IMG/VR virus record: IMGVR_UViG_3300029880_000003
Span: 66,978 to 130,977 of that record
Length of the DNA: 64,000 nucleotides
Reading direction: 5' to 3' (one strand)
Source of the DNA: a virus
Lineage: Duplodnaviria; Heunggongvirae; Uroviricota; Caudoviricetes
Below, one piece after another: positions 1-10,411 of the stretch. Below the pieces are notes generated by a model. The model did no database searches, was not told where the DNA came from, and worked only from the letters and a program-made list of their open reading frames with translations. Numbering within the stretch: the first letter of the stretch is position 1; each line of letters begins with the position of its first letter. A program made the translations under genes and the position numbers.

Positions 1-2359
1 CGCCTTTCATTCCGCGCAAACGCATCGAAACGACTTTTAACGCGTTACCCGCTTTTTCAGGATCTTGGGTAACTTCCGAAGCACCTGCAACCATTGCTGC
101 TGATTCTTCGAGCGTGTTATTTGCGACATCAAGCGCTGATGCAGACCTCTTCAGACCTTCGCCAACGCCAGCTGCCGTCACGGCATACTTGTTATCTAAC
201 TCATTTAAAATATCTCCGATATGACCAACAGCTTGAGTGGCATCGCCGTTATACCGCTCTGTCAACTGTTTCTCAAAACCCTTATAAGAGGTAAGTAGGT
301 TCTGAGCAGCCTCATCGTAATCAAGGTCGGATACGTGCTGATACATCGTAGTGATCTCAGCAAGCTGCTTTGATGTATTAGCATCAAAACCAGCACGACT
401 CCAATCAGCAGTAGCACTGATAATATCAGAAAGGGCAACACCATACTGCTGTGCTGAAGCAGTCATCTCCGAGAACAAATTGGTGTATTGAGATTCAGAA
501 AGATCGGTAACCCTTCGAAGCTCGGTCATCTGCGTATCGACTTGCAGAGTGTTGTTGAACATAGAACGAATACCCTGAGAGCCAACCATCATCGCGCCAG
601 CTAAGCCAAAGTATGTCGCGTATTGCTTAAGCTGGTTCTTGATTCTATCACCAACATTCAAAGTTGCCTTGTCTGCCAACTGTGCCTGATTGGTTACTTG
701 AGCAAACTCAGCTTTAAGATTATTCAAGGAACCAGGGCTGTCGATATCTTGAATTCTATTCTGAATATTTGTTAACTGCGTATCAAAATCGGTTCCAATG
801 ACAGCAGAATGATTCTTTCTCCAAACATCAATGCTGTCATAGAAGTTAGTCTTTTTAAGATTAAGATTGTCAAAAGCAAGCGCTGCTTTTTCTGCTTCTT
901 CAGCCTGTTTCTTTAACCCTGAATATTGCGAAATATCATTTTTCAAGAACGCTTCAGTTTTTTGGAATTCTTTTCTTGCCGCATTAGCTCTTTCAAAAGC
1001 ATAATTCCACTTATCGCTGCCTTTTGCTGATTTCTCCATCATGCTATTTGCAGTGCTTATGTCAACGGCAAGATTCTGAAGCTCTTTTCCTTTTTGCTTT
1101 AACCGCTCAGAACCATTGTTCAAGCTATCGATTTCTCGCATGTAATTCTTGGCAAGCGTTCCGTAATCTTTTGCTCCAACGTTTTTCGAGATGCTTCTTG
1201 CAATCTTTTCTTTCTCTTCGGCTACACGCCGTTCCATCTTATCTAAGCTAGACGTAATAGAAGCATCCTGTTTTGCCGTTGTCTTACCAAGGCTAGATTG
1301 CATCTTTTCAGCTTGAGCTTCAAGGGCGGCAAGCTTTGCTCTTGCTTCGTCTGCGTCTTTGGAAGTTTCGTCTAATCCAAGAAGCTTGATACGCTGATTA
1401 CCAATCTGGTTAATTATATCCTTTAATTGACTAATGGCAATCTTAGTCTGTTCTAGGTTGGCTCCATCGATGTTACCAGCCTTGGCTAGAGCAACACGAC
1501 TATTCGCCTTGGATTGAGCTTGGGCAATTCTTTCAAACTGGGAATCATTAAAAGAACCAAGAGATCTATTATGTAAAACATTCTCTCTGTCGCTAAGAGC
1601 CTTTAAGCGAGCTTCTATTACTTTGGCTTTTTCGTCCGCTTTATCAAGGCTGCTTAGGTCGATATTCAACTTAGCTTTCTCATTGATTATTCTAACGAGT
1701 TCACTGACATCGGCTTTAGCCTGGCTAATTCCTGCCTTGGCATTATCAAAGTTAAACGCATCTTTAGATTTTGCCTTGATTCTATCTAGCGAAAACTCTG
1801 CATCTTTTATAATGTTGTTTAAGGCGCTCTTTTGACCAGGTGCTAAATTTTTTCCGACCTCGCCTTCAAGTATGCCCTTATAGGATGCTACTAAGCTTTT
1901 TATTCTTGTCTCTACAACACCTATTTCCTGCGCGTTTTTGCTAAAGTCAAGCTTAGAAGCTTCTTTTGACAATTTCGCTATCTCAGTCAAGTCTTTTCGC
2001 ATTTGCGTGTATGTTTTAGGCGATTCAGACATACCAGGGCTTAAGTTGTTAATGGCAAGCTGTCGTTTCTCGATGGCACTAAGCTGCTTGTCGATATCTT
2101 TTCCAAATACGCCAGTGAATGTCTTTGAGACACTGGTTGCAGACTTTGCAGCAGCCCTCTCAACACCCGCGAACATATTGTTGGCAGTCTTAGAGTCAAC
2201 CGCTCTACCCATAATGGACTGAATGTTTTTAATGCTTGCATCAGATAGATCAACATTGACTTTGATTGATTTGTTCTCAAGACTCTTAATCTCAGACTTC
2301 AGCTTGCTAAGCTCACCAAAATCAACATCTACTCCAACGCCAACTTTATAATCAGCCAT
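1..2359 (-). CDS. tail tape measure protein (partial; C-terminus lies beyond window start)
   Basis: ATG at 2359 preceded by GGTGGTGA RBS; my translation MADYKVGVGVDVDFGELSKLKSEIKSLENK... is coiled-coil and Ala/Lys/Ser rich; no stop before window edge (absent from ORF track for that reason); sits at distal end of tail module. Confidence 0.55.
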   Translation of the reverse strand, partial: MADYKVGVGVDVDFGELSKLKSEIKSLENKSIKVNVDLSDASIKNIQSIMGRAVDSKTANNMFAGVERAAAKSATSVSKTFTGVFGKDIDKQLSAIEKRQLAINNLSPGMSESPKTYTQMRKDLTEIAKLSKEASKLDFSKNAQEIGVVETRIKSLVASYKGILEGEVGKNLAPGQKSALNNIIKDAEFSLDRIKAKSKDAFNFDNAKAGISQAKADVSELVRIINEKAKLNIDLSSLDKADEKAKVIEARLKALSDRENVLHNRSLGSFNDSQFERIAQAQSKANSRVALAKAGNIDGANLEQTKIAISQLKDIINQIGNQRIKLLGLDETSKDADEARAKLAALEAQAEKMQSSLGKTTAKQDASITSSLDKMERRVAEEKEKIARSISKNVGAKDYGTLAKNYMREIDSLNNGSERLKQKGKELQNLAVDISTANSMMEKSAKGSDKWNYAFERANAARKEFQKTEAFLKNDISQYSGLKKQAEEAEKAALAFDNLNLKKTNFYDSIDVWRKNHSAVIGTDFDTQLTNIQNRIQDIDSPGSLNNLKAEFAQVTNQAQLADKATLNVGDRIKNQLKQYATYFGLAGAMMVGSQGIRSMFNNTLQVDTQMTELRRVTDLSESQYTNLFSEMTASAQQYGVALSDIISATADWSRAGFDANTSKQLAEITTMYQHVSDLDYDEAAQNLLTSYKGFEKQLTERYNGDATQAVGHIGDILNELDNKYAVTAAGVGEGLKRSASALDVANNTLEESAAMVAGASEVTQDPEKAGNALKVVSMRLRGMKG

Positions 2360-2461
2360 ATATAAATCACCACCTTCAAAATAGTGCATTAAAAACGCAC
2401 CATCTACAAGGTGCGGTAATGTTTAAATTCATAATTTTAAATTGCAGAATTAAAGTTATTT

Positions 2462-2857
2462 TCAGTGAACGGGCAGTCCTGCCGCTTTTAATTCTTTGAC
2501 TATTAGAGCAACTATATCTCCAAGTTCAGCCATTGAAGCACCCCATACTGGCGTACCTCCAACGTATCCACCGTGACTGCCGCCCATAGACACATCAAGA
2601 ACTTTGGCTCCGCTCCAAGTGCCAGTTGTGTAACTTAACGCACCAGAATCAAAATATACCTCAGCATATAATCCACCACCAGTCCTAACCAAAGAATGAA
2701 GTAGCTGACTGGTTCTCTTATACATTATTGGACTGTATTCACCATAAAACACACGCAGGTTCTTATCTATTACCGAGTATATTTTTTCACGAGTATTGAA
2801 AATGGCTATTTCACTCTTCTTCAAAATATCCGCTTCAATCGCTTCTATGGTACTCAT
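2462..2857 (-). CDS. hypothetical protein (tail assembly region, Gly-rich)
   Basis: 131-aa ORF immediately upstream of tape measure gene. Confidence 0.4.
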   Translation of the reverse strand: MSTIEAIEADILKKSEIAIFNTREKIYSVIDKNLRVFYGEYSPIMYKRTSQLLHSLVRTGGGLYAEVYFDSGALSYTTGTWSGAKVLDVSMGGSHGGYVGGTPVWGASMAELGDIVALIVKELKAAGLPVH

Positions 2858-2871
2858 GGATACACCTTCGT

Positions 2872-3525
2872 TTACTCATCAAAAGAGGAGGGAGGAGCTG
2901 CCTCATCTTCATCTGTCTTCTTGAAATCAACTGGAATCACGCTAGCTGCATTGTCTTCCTTCTGCTTAAGAACCTCGTTCTTCAAATCCTGAAATGCACT
3001 TGACTTGGCATAAGCCTCAATCATATTATCGGGCGTAAGCTCACCAGCAACATCAGAGAACGACTGAGCCATGTCCATCATACTCTCAAGGTCAACTCCA
3101 TCGACCTTGCTCTCAACGGTCTGCAAGAGGGAGGCAAGAGCAATACCAACTGGATTGGTATGGATACCAGTCTTGTACTCGATATCCTTGTCAATAGCAT
3201 CACTCATAGACCGAATAAGACCAGGAGCGGCATTCTCCTTTACAATCTCAACAATGTTGGTTGCATCAAGGAACTGCTCAATGGTTTCAATCTGGTTGTT
3301 CTCATCGATATACATAGCAGTGTCAACATCAGTCATCACAGAGACAATCTGCATATCGAAAACCATATCTCTCAAGATAGAATGGTAATGCTCATCGGTC
3401 ACAACAGAATCTACAACCGAACCAACAAGTCCAGCCTTCTGCGTCATCGTCAAATCAGTGACAAAATTAAAAGCAATTTCGTCATCGCCGTATGTATATA
3501 CACCAGTCTTTACTTCAATAGCCAT
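2872..3525 (-). CDS. acidic protein, possible tail assembly chaperone
   Basis: 217-aa highly acidic ORF between major tail and tape measure genes; assignment by position only. Confidence 0.35.
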   Translation of the reverse strand: MAIEVKTGVYTYGDDEIAFNFVTDLTMTQKAGLVGSVVDSVVTDEHYHSILRDMVFDMQIVSVMTDVDTAMYIDENNQIETIEQFLDATNIVEIVKENAAPGLIRSMSDAIDKDIEYKTGIHTNPVGIALASLLQTVESKVDGVDLESMMDMAQSFSDVAGELTPDNMIEAYAKSSAFQDLKNEVLKQKEDNAASVIPVDFKKTDEDEAAPPSSFDE

Positions 3526-3562
3526 AACAAGACTCCTTTTTCAAACTTTACTTACTTCAAAC

Positions 3563-4099
3563 TTATATAGATTGAGAGTCAAAGAAACTCTCGAAATCCC
3601 ATGAATATCGGGTTCTCTTTTTAAACCCGTCAATCTTAAGCCCACCATTCAAAATGATATCAGCCATATTGAATGATTTCTTCCCGTTGATGTTGTCCAG
3701 CATCTCCATGAATTTATCAATGTGCATCACATATGTGCGTTGCTCATTGTCTTCTCCGATTTCCCTGAAGTTGAAAACGAAAGCGGGGTAGATACCGTCA
3801 AACTCAGCAGCCTTCTTAAGAGACAATATCTGATGTCGTTTAACCATCTTTGATTCAGGCTCTTTACCATATGGGTCATCGAATGACATACTGGTATTCT
3901 TTGTTGTTTTCATTTCCAAGCAATACACAATATGAGTCTTGGAATCTACAACAATATAATCATATGGGTTTTTACGAGAGAACGATGTGTCGCTTCTTTT
4001 TGTAAACGACTGAGGGGGGTCGGGAAGCCTGACAACCATACAACGCTCTGGCATACTGTTCTTCGCCGCATCCTCGAAAATCTTTCCTGGATTTTTCAT
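3563..4099 (-). CDS. PD-(D/E)xK nuclease-fold protein (RecU/Hjc-like resolvase or restriction-like nuclease)
   Basis: motif YDYIVVDSKTHIVYCLEMK fits D-x13-E-x-K. Confidence 0.35.
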   Translation of the reverse strand: MKNPGKIFEDAAKNSMPERCMVVRLPDPPQSFTKRSDTSFSRKNPYDYIVVDSKTHIVYCLEMKTTKNTSMSFDDPYGKEPESKMVKRHQILSLKKAAEFDGIYPAFVFNFREIGEDNEQRTYVMHIDKFMEMLDNINGKKSFNMADIILNGGLKIDGFKKRTRYSWDFESFFDSQSI

Positions 4100-4477
4100 T
4101 TAAGCACCTCCATATCAGTGAGGACGCTCACACCACTCAGAGAAATGGGCATCATGAAGCCATCTGGGAAAAACAAAAACAACATAGCCTTTGCTATCGG
4201 CAAACACATCAACAAGTTCACAGTCTGGTTTTTGTAGAAGAAACCCAGACTGACGAACATTTCTATAAAAAACGCAATCTTCCGATTCGTATGATTTTCC
4301 AGTTATGTTACTGAACTCAAGCATCCTTCACACTCCTTTCCAAATTCCTTCATCATATATAACCTGACTTGTTATGCATGATGAAAGAATTAAGCTAACG
4401 TAAAAAAAAGGAGGGATACTAAAACACAAAACAGTGCGATAATATCCCTCCTTATAAAATTTTAAATATCTTCACAC

Positions 4478-4855
4478 TTAGATAATAGCCTCAGATTCAT
4501 CTTCGGCTGGAACCTCAATAGGTTCAGGGTTGATAACAACCATAGGCTCAACGGGCTTTGCATTGCGAACAGCCTTAGCCTTCTTAGGCTCTCCCATAAC
4601 CTTCTTTATGGTTTCTTTGATATTATCTCGGAGGTCTTCAAGGTCAGAGAGGTCTACGTTCTTCAACTTAGCCTTAGCCTCGCGCTCATCATATACGCCA
4701 GTGGACAAGCCGTGGATGATCTGATAGATCTTAAAGTGTTCAGAAGTACACGTATGAATCTTCCAAGGTGCAGCAGTCATAGCATCCTTGCATGACAGAC
4801 ATACGTGATATCCCTTGCCACAAATAGAGCAGGTAGCATTAATATCTTCTGCCAT
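4478..4855 (-). CDS. zinc-ribbon protein (CxxC...CxxC)
   Basis: ATCSICGKGYHVCLSCKD Cys cluster; minus-strand rho-independent terminator downstream at about 4403-4460. Confidence 0.45.
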   Translation of the reverse strand: MAEDINATCSICGKGYHVCLSCKDAMTAAPWKIHTCTSEHFKIYQIIHGLSTGVYDEREAKAKLKNVDLSDLEDLRDNIKETIKKVMGEPKKAKAVRNAKPVEPMVVINPEPIEVPAEDESEAII

Positions 4856-4936
4856 ATCAACACCTCCAATCAGCAGAGAAGCAGGGGAGGGAGGAAGCTT
4901 GAATTTCTCCCGTCCCTGTTATTTCGCAAATTGAAG

Positions 4937-5725
4937 CTATTCAGATACTACAATCGTAAAGAGCTGATCCTCGTCCTCAGAAGCGCAGTAGTCTTTCATC
5001 ATCGTCATGGTAAAGGCATGTTTGCCAGTAGAGGTAAGCGCAAGCTCAATAGACTCGGGATTGAGCTTTGCCTTGGGAATGATGATCTTACCAGAATACA
5101 CAACATTCTCGTTGCACTTATCGCGGAAGTATGCGTAGATAACAGCCTTGCAAGCCTCGGGGAACTTGGAAGCGCTATTGACGATACGCACAGCGTTCTC
5201 AGTCTCATACTGATAATCAACATAAAGCTTGCCAACGAAACCAGTAGGTTTGGTTACTTCACCAGTTTCCTTTGCAACAACAAACTCGGTTGCGGTTGCA
5301 GCGGCAGCAGCCTTGAAGGACTGACCAATCTCACCATCAACAACGGAGTAAGCCCACTTCACTTCATTGGTAGGCTTGTGCTTCAGCGTAACACTGTCAG
5401 TACCCTCTGGGAAGTCAAGAATCTCATAGGTGTAGTCGGTAATCTTCTTCTCCGCAGAACCGACTTCCTTCTCGGCACCATACTGTGCAGCAGCAAGACC
5501 AAGAGAGATAAGAGAGTTGGTAGCGGTGAATTCGCCCTTCTTAGCGCGATAAAGAGTGGTGATAACTGCACCAACAGCGTCCGTTACCTCTTCGCCCTCA
5601 GCGGTGCAGTTCAGGCTGGAATCCTCAAGAGAGGTAAGGCGAAAGATCATCTCACCAGTGGAAAGATCGTGAGTGGTGAGTGAGCGCACCTTATCAAGGA
5701 TAAGTTCATCTTTATTAAAAGCCAT
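4937..5725 (-). CDS. putative major tail protein
   Basis: start MAFNKDEL with GGAGGAAAGCAAT-ATG RBS; Thr/Ala/Glu-rich 262 aa; position after head/neck genes. Confidence 0.4.
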   Translation of the reverse strand: MAFNKDELILDKVRSLTTHDLSTGEMIFRLTSLEDSSLNCTAEGEEVTDAVGAVITTLYRAKKGEFTATNSLISLGLAAAQYGAEKEVGSAEKKITDYTYEILDFPEGTDSVTLKHKPTNEVKWAYSVVDGEIGQSFKAAAAATATEFVVAKETGEVTKPTGFVGKLYVDYQYETENAVRIVNSASKFPEACKAVIYAYFRDKCNENVVYSGKIIIPKAKLNPESIELALTSTGKHAFTMTMMKDYCASEDEDQLFTIVVSE

Positions 5726-5763
5726 ATTGCTTTCCTCCAATCAATTTTAAGGAGATAGTTACA

Positions 5764-6591
5764 TTAAATATTGCCAAGCCAATCAAGGCGATTCTTATCA
5801 ACGCCTTTAAGGTCGGCAAAACCAGAATAAGCACCTTGCAATAGAAGGGTAGCATCCTGGATTTTCGTTGCCCTCTTTATATTATCGAAAAGCATGGCTA
5901 CTCCCATGTTCCATATCCTATCGTCACCGCACATACCGCAATTGACAGTAAGCGCAGAAATGAGGGGCTTTAATATGCTTTTGTACGGCTTGTTAGCCGA
6001 AGCCATAGCATCATCTCTAGCATCTTCAATAAGATCCATCTTGGTTGTCTCATTTGCTGGAATCTCATTGTTTCTTTTAAGACCATGTATCTTTCTAACG
6101 ACATCGACAATCTGAGAGTATACAACTTTATCAATTGTGATATCATGCTCTTTGTCATATAGGATAATCTGGTCTGTATCCCGCATAATGCAAGGAGTGA
6201 AATCTGCAAGGTCGATGTCTTTAAGAATCAACTGAAGAGGATTTACCTTCAATTCCTTTAACTGCTTTTCAGCCAAAGCCATAGCAGCCTCATCGCTCTC
6301 TTCGATTTCACTCATAAGCTCTTCGTAAAGCTTCTTCTTGCTAGAGACTATTTGAGATATGAATCCTACAAATAAATCATAGTCTTCAATTTGAGTATAA
6401 TCAGTGTCAGCGTAATCCCAAAGCTGCCATTTTAGGTCAGCAGGAGCGGCAGTAAGAGTATGTACGGCATTGAAATATCTTCTTTCTCCGAACTCCTCAA
6501 TCTGTCCAAGAGTGGGTTGCGTGACGGTTATCTTAGGGGTTATCTTAATGTCTGCACCCCTATAGATTTTCAGTTCATCTGCTTCAAACAT
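5764..6591 (-). CDS. hypothetical virion protein
   Basis: 275-aa ORF in structural module. Confidence 0.4.
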   Translation of the reverse strand: MFEADELKIYRGADIKITPKITVTQPTLGQIEEFGERRYFNAVHTLTAAPADLKWQLWDYADTDYTQIEDYDLFVGFISQIVSSKKKLYEELMSEIEESDEAAMALAEKQLKELKVNPLQLILKDIDLADFTPCIMRDTDQIILYDKEHDITIDKVVYSQIVDVVRKIHGLKRNNEIPANETTKMDLIEDARDDAMASANKPYKSILKPLISALTVNCGMCGDDRIWNMGVAMLFDNIKRATKIQDATLLLQGAYSGFADLKGVDKNRLDWLGNI

Positions 6592-6610
6592 CGATAGACC
6601 ACCCGCTTGG

Positions 6611-7117
6611 TTATTCTGTTGAACATAGTGAGTTGTTGAGGTCTGTTGCCTCGAACACTATATCCCTGAAAACGTAGTCTTTTTGGTATGATCCCTCTGT
6701 ATTGTATACAAGTGACAGCTCGCCGAAACCAAGACCTTTATAGCCATTGAACTTGTTGTCTATCAATCTAGATAGATAGTCGTTTCTGTTCTCTGTCACC
6801 TTTGGCACATTGTCAACAACCATGTGCTTCTCGTGCGAGAGTATGTATATCTGAATTGTAGGGTTGACATAAGTACGGGTAGACACATATTTTGCGCTGC
6901 TCATATATGATTGCGGAATATGAACTTGAACTGTAATAAACGTTGCTACGGTATTGATTGTATTTGGATTCTGATGGTAATTGAAGATGTGAGTGCCAAC
7001 AAGCTTCTCTGGCTCATCTATTTCCTCTGCGCCAATAGCTTGCACAATGGCATCATCCTTAATCAGTTCTTTGATTATGGTGTTCTTTGCTTTTCCGATT
7101 ATAGAACTGTTAGCCAT
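6611..7117 (-). CDS. hypothetical neck/tail-completion protein
   Basis: 168-aa ORF, position. Confidence 0.35.
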   Translation of the reverse strand: MANSSIIGKAKNTIIKELIKDDAIVQAIGAEEIDEPEKLVGTHIFNYHQNPNTINTVATFITVQVHIPQSYMSSAKYVSTRTYVNPTIQIYILSHEKHMVVDNVPKVTENRNDYLSRLIDNKFNGYKGLGFGELSLVYNTEGSYQKDYVFRDIVFEATDLNNSLCSTE

Positions 7118-8166
7118 TACAACAACGACTCGATTCTAATAATCAGGGAAGAGGAGTAGTTTCCTTCCATATCGGAAAGAACCAGCTTGAAATCCTCATC
7201 AACATAAGTGTCATCATCTATGCCAATAGATATTGCGTTGTCAGATTCCTCAATCTGCAATGCATCTTTAAAATCACAGATAATGTGCCACAAAGACTCA
7301 ACACCATCAATTACAGAACCATTTCTGTCAAAGAACTTTCCAGTGAACGTTTTCATATTGCCACCAGATTTAATAACATCAGAATCGTATGAGATAACAG
7401 ATTTAGAGACAAAGACCTTATCCGCATTGTCAGTCTTTATATCATCTTTCTCAACATAATCACATATGCCAAGATCTATTCTATCTGTCTCATTATTTGT
7501 AGCGCATTCCATAAGAGTAACCTTTACCAAACCCTTCTTACCATACGCATAACTTGTTGTATCGTTTTGCGTAACTATAAAAGACGTTGGATTCTCAAGA
7601 TCTCTATCCAAAAAGAATCTTTGAGGGGTTTTAAGCACAACGGTATTCTCATCATATGGCAACGTAATCATATGCTGAGAAGAACCAATTGTGAATTGCG
7701 CATTTGACATCTCACCAGAGTTGTACTGGGTTGAATTGATGTCATAACATGGATATTCTAATATATCGCCATGTTTGTTTTGCCATTTTAAAGTCCAGTT
7801 GCATAACGTGAACTTTCCTTGCCATTGAATGTCATCTATATTGAATACCTCTGTGCAAATGAAATACTCGTCTGCATCGGCATCGTAAACGATATCTCCG
7901 ACAAGAATAGGGTAATCGAACGGGGCATGGAACTTAACGGTAACGCCATTCGCAGCAGAATACTTCCTGTCATAAAACCTAAGAAGCAATTGTTTATCAT
8001 CATCATAAGTTTCATTGCCCAATTCCCAAAAATACACGTTATCTGTAAATGATGCATCATCAGCAAACACTTCGTTTAAAAGTTCTCTGCTATTTTTGAT
8101 GTTCTCGTTTTTCAACGAACCTCCACTGAGGCTCATTTTGCGCTTGAACTTGTCAAAACTTCTCAA
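7117..8166 (-). CDS. hypothetical virion protein
   Basis: 349-aa ORF overlapping neighbours by 1 nt (translational coupling). Confidence 0.4.
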   Translation of the reverse strand: MRSFDKFKRKMSLSGGSLKNENIKNSRELLNEVFADDASFTDNVYFWELGNETYDDDKQLLLRFYDRKYSAANGVTVKFHAPFDYPILVGDIVYDADADEYFICTEVFNIDDIQWQGKFTLCNWTLKWQNKHGDILEYPCYDINSTQYNSGEMSNAQFTIGSSQHMITLPYDENTVVLKTPQRFFLDRDLENPTSFIVTQNDTTSYAYGKKGLVKVTLMECATNNETDRIDLGICDYVEKDDIKTDNADKVFVSKSVISYDSDVIKSGGNMKTFTGKFFDRNGSVIDGVESLWHIICDFKDALQIEESDNAISIGIDDDTYVDEDFKLVLSDMEGNYSSSLIIRIESLL

Positions 8167-8184
8167 TATGATGCACCACCTTTC

Positions 8185-8670
8185 CTAAAGCATTCCAGGC
8201 TCGTCAAAGCCAATTCTATCCTTCTTATAGCCAGACGACCACGAGGCTCCGCTTTCTCCAATACCTAACCAGGCATAGCGAGAGAGTAGTCCTTCGTTTT
8301 CCGCTCGATAAGCTTTCCTCATCGCAAGAAGCTTATCGAGCATATTGGCTGGGCTATAGGAATTGAAGTCACTTGAACTAAGATTTACTTTAAGCAGGGT
8401 AGGAGTCCTGATATAAGTAGAATCAATATATTCCAAGAGAAGGTAATTGCTAAGAATCTCAATCTCAATATCAGATAACTCAACATTGAATCTCTCCAAT
8501 ATATCATCCCTATTGTTCAAGTCTTTCCTGCAAACATGGAATCTCGCAATGGCAGGGACGAGATAATCATGCAGATACTCTTTTACTTCTTCTTCGGTCA
8601 TAATAGGGATCTCATAACTGCGAAATTTAGGTAAAAGGTTTTCATATATCTTCTCATAAGAGGTATACAT
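8185..8670 (-). CDS. hypothetical head-tail connector-region protein
   Basis: 161-aa ORF between capsid and tail genes. Confidence 0.35.
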   Translation of the reverse strand: MYTSYEKIYENLLPKFRSYEIPIMTEEEVKEYLHDYLVPAIARFHVCRKDLNNRDDILERFNVELSDIEIEILSNYLLLEYIDSTYIRTPTLLKVNLSSSDFNSYSPANMLDKLLAMRKAYRAENEGLLSRYAWLGIGESGASWSSGYKKDRIGFDEPGML

Positions 8671-8696
8671 GATTACTCACCTACATTCATTGTCTA

Positions 8697-9314
8697 CTAA
8701 AGAAAAGAAAGCAACTCGATATCAAGCTTGTTTTCAAGCTTCTTGATTACCTTTACGTTGGAGACAACGCCTTGAGCAACCAAATCCTTTACTCGGTTCA
8801 CAACGGCAATCTTTAAACCGTTGGATGCAGACGAAATACCTTCAAGAATTTCATCAATGTTGTCTACGGTGTAATTGTTCTCATCCATGAGATAGTCATA
8901 CTTCTCATAGGTGCGAGACAAACCGAGCTTCTTGATAACGCGCTCATCGAGCGGCTTAAGCCACATATCGCCAAAGTAAGCCTTGTACTTGCGGTGCATA
9001 GCCTTAATTGCGTCAAACGTCATAAGCTCAACCTGACCAACAGAATCCCACTGATAATAGTCAGATGTGCGAGCGTCCTCATAGCTTACGTGTGGAATCA
9101 GAGCCATAACTTCGATCTCATCAGAATCAGAAAGAGGCTCCTCTTCAACCGTCTGAGTCTTACGTGCGCGAGTCGCTGGTTTCTTCTTTTCTACGACTTC
9201 AGTTTCTTCATTCGCATTTTCTTCCACTGCATCAACAGCAGCTACCGCAGATTCGTCCACGGTAGCTGCCTCAGCAACGGGTTCAGTCTTGGTAGTCTTT
9301 GCAGTACGTGCCAT
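8697..9314 (-). CDS. hypothetical protein with acidic N-terminal region
   Basis: ORF downstream of major capsid gene. Confidence 0.4.
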   Translation of the reverse strand: MARTAKTTKTEPVAEAATVDESAVAAVDAVEENANEETEVVEKKKPATRARKTQTVEEEPLSDSDEIEVMALIPHVSYEDARTSDYYQWDSVGQVELMTFDAIKAMHRKYKAYFGDMWLKPLDERVIKKLGLSRTYEKYDYLMDENNYTVDNIDEILEGISSASNGLKIAVVNRVKDLVAQGVVSNVKVIKKLENKLDIELLSFL

Positions 9315-9365
9315 AACCAAACCACCTTTCTTTAACTAATCTTCAAACAATATATAGCCTTAATA

Positions 9366-10388
9366 CTAGGCGAAATTGAATACGCCGAAGTACTGTGGCA
9401 ACAGCATTCCCATGCCAATCTGGGTCTGAATCTGCAAACCACGAGTCATATCATTGGTGTTGGTTTCATCATACTCAGTGGTACGGGTATCGCCAATGAA
9501 CTCAAGCTTGATGGGCTTAACATCAGCGCCCATGATGAATACCTGCTTCTTGCTAAGCGCAAGCTCAAAGGTGCCAGATTTGAGGGTCTGAGGGATGACC
9601 ATGAGCTTATTGCCTTCCCATTCGCCGATGGTGCCAGTAGAAGCCTTTGCTTCCTTCTGAGAGTCGGCAAAAGTCTTGTCGGGAACAACATCAACGAAGT
9701 GACGAAGCGCAGCCTTGGTGCCAGCAATGGTAAGAGAACCATAGCCGCCAGCAGCCTGAACCAGGTCACAAAGATCGCCAAGAGCCTCTTCAGTATTGCC
9801 AGAGGCAGTGAACTCAGCGGGAACAGAGTTGGCTACATTTTGGAACTGTGCGTAGATGCGGTCAGACATATACTTGTTGATAGCCTTGTAAACCTTGTCT
9901 ACGAGCTTGTCAAGGGAAGCAATGCCGAGAAGGAAGCGCTCAAGCTCATCATATACATGAATGTAGTACCATTCCTTTGGAAGCGTGAACTCCTCGCCAA
10001 GATCAATGGACTGACGATTGGTATCCCAGTGGTTGCCAGCGAAGGAAGCCACGGAGAGCATGCCACCCTCAGAGTAGAATGCGGTATTGTCACCGAGAGC
10101 GCGATTCTTAACCTCTACGAATGCATCGATAAAGGGAGAGTTCATAATATCTTCGCCGATTGCGGTTGTTACGATCTCTTCAATAATCTCAAACAGAACG
10201 AGCTTATTACGGCGATAAGCTTGGAACAGCGTCTTGCCGCCAAGAATGTCGTTATTAATGGTGTCACGAAGCTTCTGCTCAAGATCGCGCTTGGTTACCT
10301 CGCCCTCAAGTGAGAACTCGTTACGTGCAAGGTCAAGGGCAAGGTTGCAGACCTGCTGCTCTTCGGTGCTAAAATCAAACTTAGGCAT
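9366..10388 (-). CDS. major capsid protein (HK97-fold family, putative)
   Basis: 340 aa, follows protease-scaffold and small head protein genes; composition typical of MCP. Confidence 0.5.
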   Translation of the reverse strand: MPKFDFSTEEQQVCNLALDLARNEFSLEGEVTKRDLEQKLRDTINNDILGGKTLFQAYRRNKLVLFEIIEEIVTTAIGEDIMNSPFIDAFVEVKNRALGDNTAFYSEGGMLSVASFAGNHWDTNRQSIDLGEEFTLPKEWYYIHVYDELERFLLGIASLDKLVDKVYKAINKYMSDRIYAQFQNVANSVPAEFTASGNTEEALGDLCDLVQAAGGYGSLTIAGTKAALRHFVDVVPDKTFADSQKEAKASTGTIGEWEGNKLMVIPQTLKSGTFELALSKKQVFIMGADVKPIKLEFIGDTRTTEYDETNTNDMTRGLQIQTQIGMGMLLPQYFGVFNFA

Positions 10389-10411
10389 AGTCTATATCCT
10401 CCTTAAATAAG

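Noticed and set aside
4805-5683. 292-aa plus-strand ORF
   Set aside because: It lies entirely antisense to the minus-strand major tail protein gene, is low-complexity and Leu/Ser/Arg-rich, and is a shadow ORF.
9699-10313. 204-aa plus-strand ORF (and 10466..10984, 12833..13255, 11162..11621 ORFs)
   Set aside because: They are antisense shadows of the capsid, decoration, portal and protease genes, with no RBS or coherent domain.
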